Positions 18,251 to 27,086 of a stretch of 64,000 nt of DNA are shown here, one piece after another; position 1 is the first letter of the stretch; each line of letters starts with the position of its first letter. The stretch spans positions 6,498 through 70,497 of IMG/VR virus record IMGVR_UViG_3300032233_001964, one strand, 5' to 3'. Under the pieces are notes generated by a model. It was not told the origin of the DNA and searched no databases. It was given only the letters and a program-made list of their open reading frames with translations. Source of the DNA: a virus (Duplodnaviria; Caudoviricetes). Made by a program: the position numbers and the translations under genes.

Positions 18251-19885
18251 CTACTCCCGGAGCGAGATGAAGGACAGGTTCCCTCGGATCACCTCGCACT
18301 CATCGTTCGTGTTCGCCACGCTGCCGAAGATGCCGATGTTGATGGAGGTCGCGGAAGGCGGCAGGTCGAGCAGCGCCATGAGGTGAACCTCCACGTTCTC
18401 GATGCTCCATGCCGGCAGATAGTTGCCCGGCTGCGAACCGCTGAACGGCTCGCGGGTGAACCACACGAAGTTGTTCACCATGCCGAGGCTCTCTTCCATC
18501 GACGTCCATGCAGTGGCCGCGTTGGTCGACGGTTGCCACATGAGCTGAAACAGCGCGAACGAAGCGATGTCAGCGACCACGTAGGGCTCCGTGTTCGTCC
18601 CCTCGTCTCCGGGGGCCGTCTCCGAGCCGCTCACGTTCTTGACCTGAAGGTTGCCGAGCACGAGGATCTTCCTGCCCGTGCTGATCGAGACGTTGTTGAC
18701 CCGCAGTCCCGCGACGTTGCTCCAGCCCGTGGCCTGCGCTCCGGCATAGGCCGTGAGCGTCACCGTGTCTCTCGCCGGCAGCGTCCACCCTGGGTAGAAG
18801 CTGTTGAACAGCCACGGCGCACTCGCCACGCCATCGAAGGTGTCCTGTCCGAACGCCAGCGTGGTCGACGGGAGGTGGTAGTGCATCAGCGCGCCCTTGG
18901 CGAGCGATCCCTCCTGCACGTCGTTGTAGGCCGCGACGACGGGCTGCACACGGTCGGTGTAGAGGCTCGTCTGTGTCAGCGGCTCTTCCGGCTCGAACGC
19001 AGGCGCGGTGACTTCCGCCGGCCCGACGCTGTCGATGGGGAACGCCTTCAGCTCGATGACGTTCACTTGTCGGCAGTACAAGTAGACCTTGTCGTAGGAG
19101 CCGTACTGACGCACGCCGGTGTCGGTGACATACGGAACGCGGCGGACGACGAGCTCGACGACCTGCGGTCCAGGCACGCACGGCACACATGCCCCGATGC
19201 GGATCGGAAGACAGGGAGGACCGAGCGCGCAGACCTGCTCGCCTCGGATGTCCTGCGGCCCAGGCAGCACCGTGCCACCGACACCGATCTGCTGGGTCGG
19301 CTTGATCGGCACGGACACGCGGTAGGTCAAGTCGTCGATGCCGGTGATCGTCTCGCGGATGACGTTGCCGTTGACCCGGAGCGCGAACTGGACGTTGCAG
19401 GGCACGCTAGTGGCGTTGTTCTCGTGCGAGAACGCCTGACTGCTAGATGTCGTGATGCTGCCGGGAGTCGGGTTGAACCCCCACCAGACGTACTGCACGT
19501 AGGCGTTGATCCACAACACGGACTGTCCGGTCGTGAGGCTTACCTGCGTCGCTTCTCCCGTCCCGTCGACGATGGCCTGCCACTCGAAGTTGTTCTGCAC
19601 CAGCACTTGATCGGGAGCCGCCAAGCCATCGGGATAGCCCCACGGCGGCGTCGCCGCCGGAACGAACGGTCGCGTCCACAGGAACGGCGAGAACTTCTCG
19701 TAGTGGTGGATGGAGTAGAACGCTTCCCCATCGACCGCGACCGTGGACGCGATGCCCTGGTCGAAGTTGTGCATGTTCAGCTTGCCGCTGACGCGGTCGG
19801 CCGCAGGAGCGATGTCCTCAGTCAGCTCGACGTTGTCCATGACATCGCCGGCACGGAGGATGCGCCGAGGGAAGATGTAGCTCAT
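18251..19885 (-). CDS. Tail-associated structural protein (544 aa)
   Basis: ATGA-coupled to the upstream gene; aromatic, beta-rich. Confidence 0.65.
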   Translation of the reverse strand: MSYIFPRRILRAGDVMDNVELTEDIAPAADRVSGKLNMHNFDQGIASTVAVDGEAFYSIHHYEKFSPFLWTRPFVPAATPPWGYPDGLAAPDQVLVQNNFEWQAIVDGTGEATQVSLTTGQSVLWINAYVQYVWWGFNPTPGSITTSSSQAFSHENNATSVPCNVQFALRVNGNVIRETITGIDDLTYRVSVPIKPTQQIGVGGTVLPGPQDIRGEQVCALGPPCLPIRIGACVPCVPGPQVVELVVRRVPYVTDTGVRQYGSYDKVYLYCRQVNVIELKAFPIDSVGPAEVTAPAFEPEEPLTQTSLYTDRVQPVVAAYNDVQEGSLAKGALMHYHLPSTTLAFGQDTFDGVASAPWLFNSFYPGWTLPARDTVTLTAYAGAQATGWSNVAGLRVNNVSISTGRKILVLGNLQVKNVSGSETAPGDEGTNTEPYVVADIASFALFQLMWQPSTNAATAWTSMEESLGMVNNFVWFTREPFSGSQPGNYLPAWSIENVEVHLMALLDLPPSATSINIGIFGSVANTNDECEVIRGNLSFISLRE

Positions 19886-22002
19886 CGGTCCTGCCTGAGC
19901 GGGATGCGCCCGCGGAGATTGCCGGAGCCCGCCGCGCTCTGGTCGAACGCGAACGCCGCCAACTCCAGCCGGGTCGGGTAGGTGACTTCGATCTCGAAGG
20001 CCCAGGAGCCCACGTTCTCAAGACCGGCCGGCACCATGCGCCACACGAGGCGGGGCTCGTGCGCCTTCGACGTGCCGACGATGGCCGCTCCCGCGATGTC
20101 GGTCACGATGTCGCTGCCGTCATCGACGCCGATGGCGAGCACGTCGTTGATCTCGATGAACGGCTTCCACGAGCCGTTGCGGTAGTACCGGACGGTGAAC
20201 GTGCCGTCGAATCCGTCCATCATGCCGATGTAGATGGAGCGGACATGGACCGGCGTCATGCCTGTCTCGTCGGCACGGATCCACGCAGAGCGGTAGATCG
20301 CCGTCCGCGACAGCGGCTCGTAGGCCGTCGTCTCGTGGTCCGCGACGTAGACGTTGTAGCCGGCCGGCCCACCCTGCGGGTTGACCTTCGTCGGATCGCG
20401 GCCCGCCATGAGGATGTACTGGCGGTAGTCGTCGGTGCGGCACATGTCCGCGGTCCACAACGTCCCGTCGATCTCTCCGTTGCCGAGGATCTCGCGGCGC
20501 CAGTTCTGCCCATCGAAGATGAACAGCACCGTGTTGCGCTGGACACCCGCCGGTGCCACGGCGCAACGGTACTCCAACGAACGCGCGTCCATGACCGACA
20601 CCGCCTTGCGGTAGCGCGCCATGTTGAGGCCCACGCGGGTCAGCGCCTGAATGGGCTGCGACACGCGCGTGATCTGCTGGTTCGTGTCCATCGTATAGAA
20701 GCCGTCGCGCGCCAGCCAGATGAGGCGACCGTCGGCAAGAGCCTTGATGCTGCGTGGTGCAACGCAGCCGACACCCATCGCCAGCGTGACAGAGCCGGAA
20801 AGTTTGCCCGTCTGCCGGTCCGGTGTTATGTCGTAGATGGCGTTCTCCGTGAACGCAAGCAGGAACCCGGCGTGCGATGCGACTGCCGTGACCTCGGCTC
20901 CGTTGGAGTCAGGGTAGACGTAGTCGTCTTCGGGCCAGGTGCCGGGGAAGCCGGGCGACGAGCGCCGGACGATGCCCGGATCGACGAGCATGTTGGCGGC
21001 AATCAGGCAGCCCTGGTGCGCGCACATCGTGCGGAACACGGTCACCGGAGCGATGCGCTCCATCTCCGGGCCGAGGAAACTGTCGGCGACCCGATCCCCG
21101 AAGATGAACGTCTCGCGGCCCGCGAAACGCGCGAGCAGACGCGGCCTCGTGCTGCCGCGCACGGTGTCCGGCGTGCGGTAGAGGTTGCACGCAACGGCGT
21201 GACCCGGCCCCTGCGCCGTCATGCGGACCATGAACTGCCGGGTCAGGTCGTCGATGGTCGCGCCTGTGGTCTGCGTTCCGCCGGTCGGGTCGTAAGGAGA
21301 CGCCTGCACCGTGCGGATGAATGCCTGGTTCGACGGCGGAGACGGCGCCGACAGGTTGCCGTACACGTCTTCGAGCTGGACGTAGTAGTACCACGTCCCG
21401 TCGAGAACAGAGCCCTGCGTGCCGCTCAGCACGTCGCCCGGCGTGCCGATCTCGCCGCGCCACGAGTAGCCGCCAGAGTTGGGGTACGTGGTCCCCTTGT
21501 TTGGCGTGACCTGCGGCCCGTACACGGACGGCGGAGACGGAATCTCTTGGAAGCCGACAGGGACCGTGCGCCCCTGTGCGTCGATCACAAGCGGGTAGTC
21601 GACGCCGTTCGTCCAGATGATCTTGTCGTTCAGGACGAGGAACTGGTCGGGGTAGCCGGGGCGGGTGTCGGAGGTGAGGCCCGTGTAGATGACCTCCCAT
21701 CCGCGCTGCCATCCAGCATGCCGGTACAGGTTCGTGCCGGAACGCACGAGCAGCGTGTCCGCCACGCCTCCAACGAGGGAGGCGTGGAAGACACCGTGCA
21801 TCTCCCCGAACGGGGCTGATGGATCGACCAGGCCGCGCACGGGTTCGTAGGTGGTGGGACCACGGACAGTCGCCAGCGTCGAGCGGATCGTCGTCTCAAA
21901 GTTGATGATCTGCTGCGCGACGCTGGCGGGAGCGTAGACAGACGGCGCTTCACCGATGGGGATGAAGAACTGCTTGGTCGTCTGATTGTCCGGTCCCGCC
22001 AT
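19882..22002 (-). CDS. Tail nozzle/tail tubular B-like protein (706 aa)
   Basis: Size, beta-propeller-like repeats (GCVAPRSI, LIWLARDGFY), position after the adaptor-like gene. Confidence 0.7.
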   Translation of the reverse strand: MAGPDNQTTKQFFIPIGEAPSVYAPASVAQQIINFETTIRSTLATVRGPTTYEPVRGLVDPSAPFGEMHGVFHASLVGGVADTLLVRSGTNLYRHAGWQRGWEVIYTGLTSDTRPGYPDQFLVLNDKIIWTNGVDYPLVIDAQGRTVPVGFQEIPSPPSVYGPQVTPNKGTTYPNSGGYSWRGEIGTPGDVLSGTQGSVLDGTWYYYVQLEDVYGNLSAPSPPSNQAFIRTVQASPYDPTGGTQTTGATIDDLTRQFMVRMTAQGPGHAVACNLYRTPDTVRGSTRPRLLARFAGRETFIFGDRVADSFLGPEMERIAPVTVFRTMCAHQGCLIAANMLVDPGIVRRSSPGFPGTWPEDDYVYPDSNGAEVTAVASHAGFLLAFTENAIYDITPDRQTGKLSGSVTLAMGVGCVAPRSIKALADGRLIWLARDGFYTMDTNQQITRVSQPIQALTRVGLNMARYRKAVSVMDARSLEYRCAVAPAGVQRNTVLFIFDGQNWRREILGNGEIDGTLWTADMCRTDDYRQYILMAGRDPTKVNPQGGPAGYNVYVADHETTAYEPLSRTAIYRSAWIRADETGMTPVHVRSIYIGMMDGFDGTFTVRYYRNGSWKPFIEINDVLAIGVDDGSDIVTDIAGAAIVGTSKAHEPRLVWRMVPAGLENVGSWAFEIEVTYPTRLELAAFAFDQSAAGSGNLRGRIPLRQDR

Positions 22003-22005
22003 CGG

Positions 22006-22458
22006 TTACACCTGGGGAAGCTGCGGCGGCGAGAGCTTCGGCAGCAGGCCGCGCTTCTTCGTCATCGCGTTGGTGATCTCTGCGGCGTCGGCGATGAGGA
22101 ACTCGTCCTTCGTCTCCGGCGCAGGCTTCGCGGCCTCGACAGCGGCGCGCTCGGTGTCAATCTTCGCCTTCTGCTCCGGCGAGTACCAGTTGCCGTTCAC
22201 GTCGTCGAAGACCCAGCCCTTCGGGCGCCAGTCGTAGACGTTGCGGTGCTCGGCGTCGCCGGTCACGAACTCGATGCCGTTCTTGGTGTTCATCGTCGCC
22301 TGCCAGAGCGAGCCCGCCTTCGTGCTGTACTGCACGGACAGGATCATCGCCTCCTCTTCGTTGCCGTTGAGGTTCTTGCGGACGAAGATGTCGCCGAGGG
22401 CGGGGCGCGGGAAGAAGTTGGTCAGGGCCACGGGGTTCTCCTTGGTCGGGGTTGCCAC
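22006..22458 (-). CDS. Hypothetical protein (150 aa)
   Basis: Clean ORF between the tail genes. Confidence 0.6.
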   Translation of the reverse strand: MATPTKENPVALTNFFPRPALGDIFVRKNLNGNEEEAMILSVQYSTKAGSLWQATMNTKNGIEFVTGDAEHRNVYDWRPKGWVFDDVNGNWYSPEQKAKIDTERAAVEAAKPAPETKDEFLIADAAEITNAMTKKRGLLPKLSPPQLPQV

Positions 22459-22477
22459 TAAGGTATAACACGAAGGA

Positions 22478-23974
22478 TCACGTCGTGTCCCTGAACCTCC
22501 CGAACCTGAAGCGAGCCGTGAAGCCGGTGATGGGCATGGGGTCGACCGCGCCGCCGGGATTGGCGTAGCGCTTGCGGAAGTGCCGGCACAGTTCGTTGTA
22601 CCGGCTCAGATGGATGTTCGCGCCCGTCTGGTCGACGCCGTCGAGCAGGCACATGTAGTAGAGGCACAGCTCGATGAACGAGGGCACCGCGTCTCGCTGG
22701 ATCGGCGGCGTGTCCTGATCGTCCTTGAGCTTCTTCGGCAGGCGCTGCACACGCAGGTCGAGCTCGTACCGCTGATCCTGATGTGGGAAGACCTGGTAGG
22801 CGTAGTAGCCCGTGCTGTGCTTCAGCTCGCGCTGGTAGTCGGGGATCGCGCTGCCGTTCCACGTAAACGTGCCGTTCGTCGGCTCGATCTCGTCGAGGAG
22901 GTAGAACTTGCCGTTCGTCTCCACGCGGTTGAACCCGGTGCCGTAGGGCGTGGTGGTCTGCACGCCCGTCCGCGCAACGTAGATGCGGATCCGCATCCCG
23001 CTGCGGCTGTAGCGAAGCGTCGAGATGTCACCGAAGTCCATCATGGCGTCGATGTTCGTCGCGGTGATCGCGATGGCGCGGCCCGCCGCGGCGCCGGTCT
23101 GCGTGTAGACGGCGCTCAACGGAGAGGGGGCCGACTCCCACTGCGGATCGCGGATGCCGACCGGAGCACGCTGCCACTCAAGGTCGCGGCGGCCCCATAC
23201 GTAGGTGAAGCAGAACTGGAAGGTGCCTTCCCACTCCGGCCCGGCCCACGGCGCGCCCGTGTTCGGGTTCGTCGGAGCGGCCGTCGGAGCCGTCGTGGGC
23301 GCTGGAACCTGGAAGTGCCGGTTGCGCCATAGCCGGAACGGCTGGCCCTTGTCCTGTCCACGGTAGTCGACCATGTCCTGACGGTACGCACCGCCGGTGT
23401 CGATGGCCCAGACCTGCTGCCGCGTCTCGTCCCAGAGACGCGCGGGCTCTAGCACGCGGGTCACGTCGTCGGTGACGAAGAACTCCGGCTGGTGGAGGCG
23501 GAACTTCATGGCCGTGCCGCCGATGCCCCACGGGCGGTCGAGCGACACGTAGTAGTTGGTGGGCACGCCGAGAGGATCGTTGACCGTCCAGAACTCGCGG
23601 CACTGCCGGCGATGGATCTGACCGTTGGCGTCCACGACCTCGATGTGCATGATGCCGTCGAACGTACCCGTCACGTCCGGCAGCCACGGGCTCGACGGAA
23701 CGAGGGGGAGCCCGGACGTGTTCACGAACTGCATGACCTTCGTGTCGGCGGTCGGGGAGACGCGGGCCGCGACGTCGGCGTCCTCACCCACGACATCCTT
23801 CTGAAGGACGACGTGCTCGTCGTCCGGGACCACAGCCTCCGGCACGTCGCCGGAGATGCGCTCCAACGCGGTGTTCATGGCCTGCACAATGCGGCCGTCT
23901 AGCGTCGGACCCGTGCTGTCCCAAGCACGGAAGTTGAAGAGGCGGGCACGAAGCGCACCGAGAGATGTGTCCAT
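22478..23974 (-). CDS. Head-tail adaptor/tail tubular A-like protein (498 aa)
   Basis: N-terminal helical LGALRARL..MNTALERI and C-terminal helices flank an inserted beta region; AGGAGG SD. Confidence 0.65.
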   Translation of the reverse strand: MDTSLGALRARLFNFRAWDSTGPTLDGRIVQAMNTALERISGDVPEAVVPDDEHVVLQKDVVGEDADVAARVSPTADTKVMQFVNTSGLPLVPSSPWLPDVTGTFDGIMHIEVVDANGQIHRRQCREFWTVNDPLGVPTNYYVSLDRPWGIGGTAMKFRLHQPEFFVTDDVTRVLEPARLWDETRQQVWAIDTGGAYRQDMVDYRGQDKGQPFRLWRNRHFQVPAPTTAPTAAPTNPNTGAPWAGPEWEGTFQFCFTYVWGRRDLEWQRAPVGIRDPQWESAPSPLSAVYTQTGAAAGRAIAITATNIDAMMDFGDISTLRYSRSGMRIRIYVARTGVQTTTPYGTGFNRVETNGKFYLLDEIEPTNGTFTWNGSAIPDYQRELKHSTGYYAYQVFPHQDQRYELDLRVQRLPKKLKDDQDTPPIQRDAVPSFIELCLYYMCLLDGVDQTGANIHLSRYNELCRHFRKRYANPGGAVDPMPITGFTARFRFGRFRDTT

Positions 23975-24016
23975 GCCCGCCTCCTATTCCCGCCGAAGCG
24001 GGGTTGCTACCTCAGA

Positions 24017-24553
24017 CTACGGACGGCAGGTGATGTAGGCCGAACCCACGGTGCTGGCCGGGATAGAGACGTGCGTCACGCCGATGGTCGCGTTCGCGCC
24101 GATACCGCTGTTGGCCGAAGCCTCGACCGAACCCGCCACCGCGCTGGACGAAGCGAACGAGGTGTCCGCCGCGAGGGTGCCCGCGCTGTCGTTGAGGATC
24201 GAACCCTCGCCGAGCATGAGCACCCAGCCGTAGGCGCCGACAGAGAACGTCGAGGTGACACCCGCCGAGGTGACGTAGGTCTGAGCCACGCCAAGGATGC
24301 GGTTGCGCGCGAGGCTGGCCGTCGCGGTGGCGGTCTGGCCCGTGCCGAGGTTCTGCGCCGTGGCCGCGACAGCCAGAACGATCTGACCCTCGGTCCACGC
24401 CGCGGCGCCTGCGTTCACGACGTAGCGCCACACCTGATCGCCCTTGTTCGTCTGGGAGGCGAGCACAGTGCGCGTGGTGCCGAGCGGGTAGAGCTGAGTA
24501 GTGTCGAGGACGTTGACGTCGTTGCCAAAGACCTGATTGTTGCCGTAGGACAT
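24017..24553 (-). CDS. Capsid decoration/cement-like protein
   Basis: Immediately downstream of the MCP gene; small, Ala/Gly/Thr-rich (LYPLGT..VWRYV..GWV). Confidence 0.6.
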   Translation of the reverse strand: MSYGNNQVFGNDVNVLDTTQLYPLGTTRTVLASQTNKGDQVWRYVVNAGAAAWTEGQIVLAVAATAQNLGTGQTATATASLARNRILGVAQTYVTSAGVTSTFSVGAYGWVLMLGEGSILNDSAGTLAADTSFASSSAVAGSVEASANSGIGANATIGVTHVSIPASTVGSAYITCRP

Positions 24554-24598
24554 GTTGAAGTCTCCTTGAAGTTGAAGAGGTGAACCTCGTCGCGGTGA

Positions 24599-25648
24599 TT
24601 AGACCGCGCCGCCGGAGACGCAGCCCTGCGCCGGGGTCTTCGTGCAGATGAGGTTGCCCTGCATCGAGAAGATGGCGGTGACCACGTCCTGATCGCCAAC
24701 ACGCTCGGTGAACGGCGTGATGGACGGAGCCTCCATGAGGGGCATCTCGATGAAGTCCGTGTTCAGGATGTAGGTGACGCCGTTGGCCGCCGCGCCGGTG
24801 AAGGCGGACAGGTTGAGGTCGATGGACGAGTAGACCTTGGCGACACCCAGCTCAAGGCCGAGGGTGTTCGTCTTCTCGGTCTTGTCCTCGACGAGCGCGA
24901 CGCGGACGAGGGACAGGCGGCTGTCCTCGAAGTTGGTGTAGGTGCTGTCGTCCATGATGACGAGGTCCGGACCCTTGCCCATGCCACCCGCGTAGTGCGC
25001 GCACTGGCGGTAGGTCTTGCGGAGCGTCGGGAGGCCGTCGGTGGCCCAGGAGGTGATCGCGCCGTACTGGTTGAAGTGGTAGTACGACGAGGACTTGGCG
25101 ACGTTCTGCACCGTGTCCGACTGCGTGGCCGGGGTGGCGAAGTCGAGCAGGCCGTTCGTCACGCCCGTGCCGGAGCCGGCCGCGAACTGGCCGTTCATGC
25201 TCAGGAAGCCGGCGAGGTCGGCGGTCTGGAACACGAGGCCGCGGGACGCGCCGGTGAGGAGGAAGGAGTTGAGGTCGGCCTTCGCGCCCTCAAGCGTCGT
25301 CTGCGGGTACTCCTCGATGAGGCGGATCACGGCGAGCTTGCCGCTGTTGAAGAGGAGCTCCTTCTTCGGGATGTTGATCGCGGCCACGATGCGGTGCGGC
25401 TCGACCTGGAAGCGCTTGGTCTGCTGACGGCGCGTCATGTTGAGGAGCTCGTCGCCGACGAACACGCCAACGCCGCGGGCGGGGGCGCCACCGGCGAAGG
25501 AACGCTCGATCAGGCTGCCGCCCTCAGAGGGCATGCGAGCCTTGCTCATGAGCGCGTCGAGCAGCTCGTTGGAGCGGATGAAGGAGTTGATGAGCGGGCC
25601 GCGGAGGTCCGCGAACGTGGTGTTCAGGATTTCGGTAGAGATTGCCAT
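24599..25648 (-). CDS. Major capsid protein (HK97-fold, 349 aa)
   Basis: Size, strong codon bias, capsid-like N-terminus (LNTTFADLRGPLINSF) and C-terminus (GNLICT..AQGCVSG), own promoter and leader. Confidence 0.8.
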   Translation of the reverse strand: MAISTEILNTTFADLRGPLINSFIRSNELLDALMSKARMPSEGGSLIERSFAGGAPARGVGVFVGDELLNMTRRQQTKRFQVEPHRIVAAINIPKKELLFNSGKLAVIRLIEEYPQTTLEGAKADLNSFLLTGASRGLVFQTADLAGFLSMNGQFAAGSGTGVTNGLLDFATPATQSDTVQNVAKSSSYYHFNQYGAITSWATDGLPTLRKTYRQCAHYAGGMGKGPDLVIMDDSTYTNFEDSRLSLVRVALVEDKTEKTNTLGLELGVAKVYSSIDLNLSAFTGAAANGVTYILNTDFIEMPLMEAPSITPFTERVGDQDVVTAIFSMQGNLICTKTPAQGCVSGGAV

Positions 25649-25827
25649 TGAGCACTCCGTAGCCGGGGGCAGACGCGAAGAGCGACTCCGACCGGCTGGG
25701 TCGAAGGAACGGTTGAAGTTCGGTGCTTCGCCTGCCCAGCCGTTGGTGCTACGGACCCTTGCGGGCTACCCGGAACGTCATCGGTGGGTGCCCGAAAAAA
25801 GTACCACGACGGGTTGCCATCGCGCAA
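25649..25827 (-). promoter_or_regulatory. MCP promoter (TTGCGC-N18-TACTTT with TG extension) and ~140-nt structured 5' leader
   Basis: -35 at 25827-25822, TGGTACTTT at 25806-25798; several 6-9 bp helices in the leader. Confidence 0.55.
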
Positions 25828-25877
25828 GTACGAGGATACAAAAAAGTCGCCGCCGAGAGTGGAAGGCCCGCGCACGC

Positions 25878-26306
25878 CTACGATGAACGGTCCTTGCCTT
25901 CGTGGAGGCCGTGGCGCGCGAACTGCTCGCCCTTCCGAGACGCCTCGCGCTTCGCGCGGGTAGCCGCTGCCAACTTCTGCATCCCGCCCGGTGTGGAGCG
26001 GAGACGCTCGATGGCCTTCTTCGGCGCGTAGACCTCGCCGGTGGCCTTCGATCCCTGGACGCTCGGCTTGCCGGAGGGCGTGCGCCACTCCTGCTTCGTC
26101 CACTTCTTGAGGCTCTGCTGCGACTTCGACGGGCCGCTCTTGTAGCCGCCGCCTGCCTTCTTGTACTGCTGGGCGACCATCTGCGCCTTGCGGGCGGACC
26201 ACTGGCCCGGCTTGCCGCCCTTCCCGCCCGCGAGGACGCGCTTCTTGATGCGCTCCCGCAGTCCGGGGTTGGAGTAGACCTGCTTCAGCGTCGAGCGTCG
26301 GTCCAT
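25878..26306 (-). CDS. Basic phage protein, DUF5872-like
   Basis: GGKPGQWSARKAQ..YKKAGGGYK..SLKKWTKQEWRT motif. Confidence 0.7.
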   Translation of the reverse strand: MDRRSTLKQVYSNPGLRERIKKRVLAGGKGGKPGQWSARKAQMVAQQYKKAGGGYKSGPSKSQQSLKKWTKQEWRTPSGKPSVQGSKATGEVYAPKKAIERLRSTPGGMQKLAAATRAKREASRKGEQFARHGLHEGKDRSS

Positions 26307-26695
26307 CACTTCCCTCGCTTGTCGGCCGCCTCCATCTGGCGGACCACCTTGTTCGCCCACGACTTGCCGGCCTCGCCTCCCCAGAGGAGGCCCGCGACGT
26401 AGCCCTTGTCTTCCTTCGGGCTCTTCCCGGCGTCGAGCTGGTAGTTGCTCGCGTGCCGGTCGAAGTACGCCTTCATCCGCCTCACGGTGGACGGGTCCAT
26501 CTGAGAGCGGTTCTTCAGGTTCGCGGCGCGCTGGACACCGGAGCCGATGCCCTGGGCCGCGGCCTGCTTCGCGTCGAGGCCCGCCTTCTGCGACTTCGAC
26601 TGCTCACGGCGCAGCATCAGACCGCGCACGGCAGCCGCGGCCACGGACTGCGGCGGCTTGAAACTGATGTGCCCGTACTTGCCGTCAGCTGCCAT
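26306..26695 (-). CDS. Conserved basic phage head-module protein
   Basis: FKPPQSV..TVRRMKAYFDRH..GLLWGGEAGKSWA pattern. Confidence 0.7.
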   Translation of the reverse strand: MAADGKYGHISFKPPQSVAAAAVRGLMLRREQSKSQKAGLDAKQAAAQGIGSGVQRAANLKNRSQMDPSTVRRMKAYFDRHASNYQLDAGKSPKEDKGYVAGLLWGGEAGKSWANKVVRQMEAADKRGK

Positions 26696-26825
26696 AGGGG
26701 TTCATCTCGCGCTTGACGCGGCCTGCGATGAGGTTCTTGATCATCGCCCGCTTCTGATCGGCGGGGATGGCCTTGGCGGGCTTCTTGTCGGGAAGCGTCG
26801 TGTTCTGCACGTCGGTGCCGATCAC
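26685..26825 (-). CDS. Small basic protein (46 aa), missed by the ORF track
   Basis: GTGA-coupled: MIGTDVQNTTLPDKKPAKAIPADQKRAMIKNLIAGRVKREMNPYGS. Confidence 0.5.
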   Translation of the reverse strand: MIGTDVQNTTLPDKKPAKAIPADQKRAMIKNLIAGRVKREMNPYGS

Positions 26826-27037
26826 TTCATCTTTCCGAGCGTGCGGGCGAGCACGAGCTGCTTGAGCAGGGTGCGCTTGGCGGCGGTGAGCTTCTTGTCG
26901 CCCTCGCCTTCCTTCTCAAGGCTGGCGATCTTGTCGGCGATCTTTCCCTTCGGGATGTTCTCGCCTTCCTTGGCGCCCATCTTCTCGCGCAGAGCACCGG
27001 GGCGCTTGATGGCGCCCTGAATCCACTTCTCAGCCAT
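26822..27037 (-). CDS. Small basic phage protein (KWIQGAIKRPGALR family)
   Basis: ATG 27037 with GGAG SD; recognisable motif. Confidence 0.7.
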   Translation of the reverse strand: MAEKWIQGAIKRPGALREKMGAKEGENIPKGKIADKIASLEKEGEGDKKLTAAKRTLLKQLVLARTLGKMK

Positions 27038-27057
27038 GTCGCACTCCGGCCCATACC

Positions 27058-27067
27058 ATGATAGCAT
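27058..27067. promoter_or_regulatory. Bidirectional extended -10 element ATGATAGCAT
   Basis: Reads TGA-TAGCAT on plus and TGC-TATCAT on minus, between divergent SD sites. Confidence 0.6.
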
Positions 27068-27086
27068 AGGATCTGAGGAGTGTACC

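Noticed and set aside
23975-24010. C(UUCG)G hairpin before the adaptor gene as another promoter-gated switch
   Set aside because: No matching TGnTAnnnT element; more likely a stabiliser or partial terminator
25649-25800. Hammerhead ribozyme or a known riboswitch in the MCP leader
   Set aside because: CCGAUGA/CGAAG do not match the CUGANGA/GAAA core; no SAM or c-di-GMP consensus recognised
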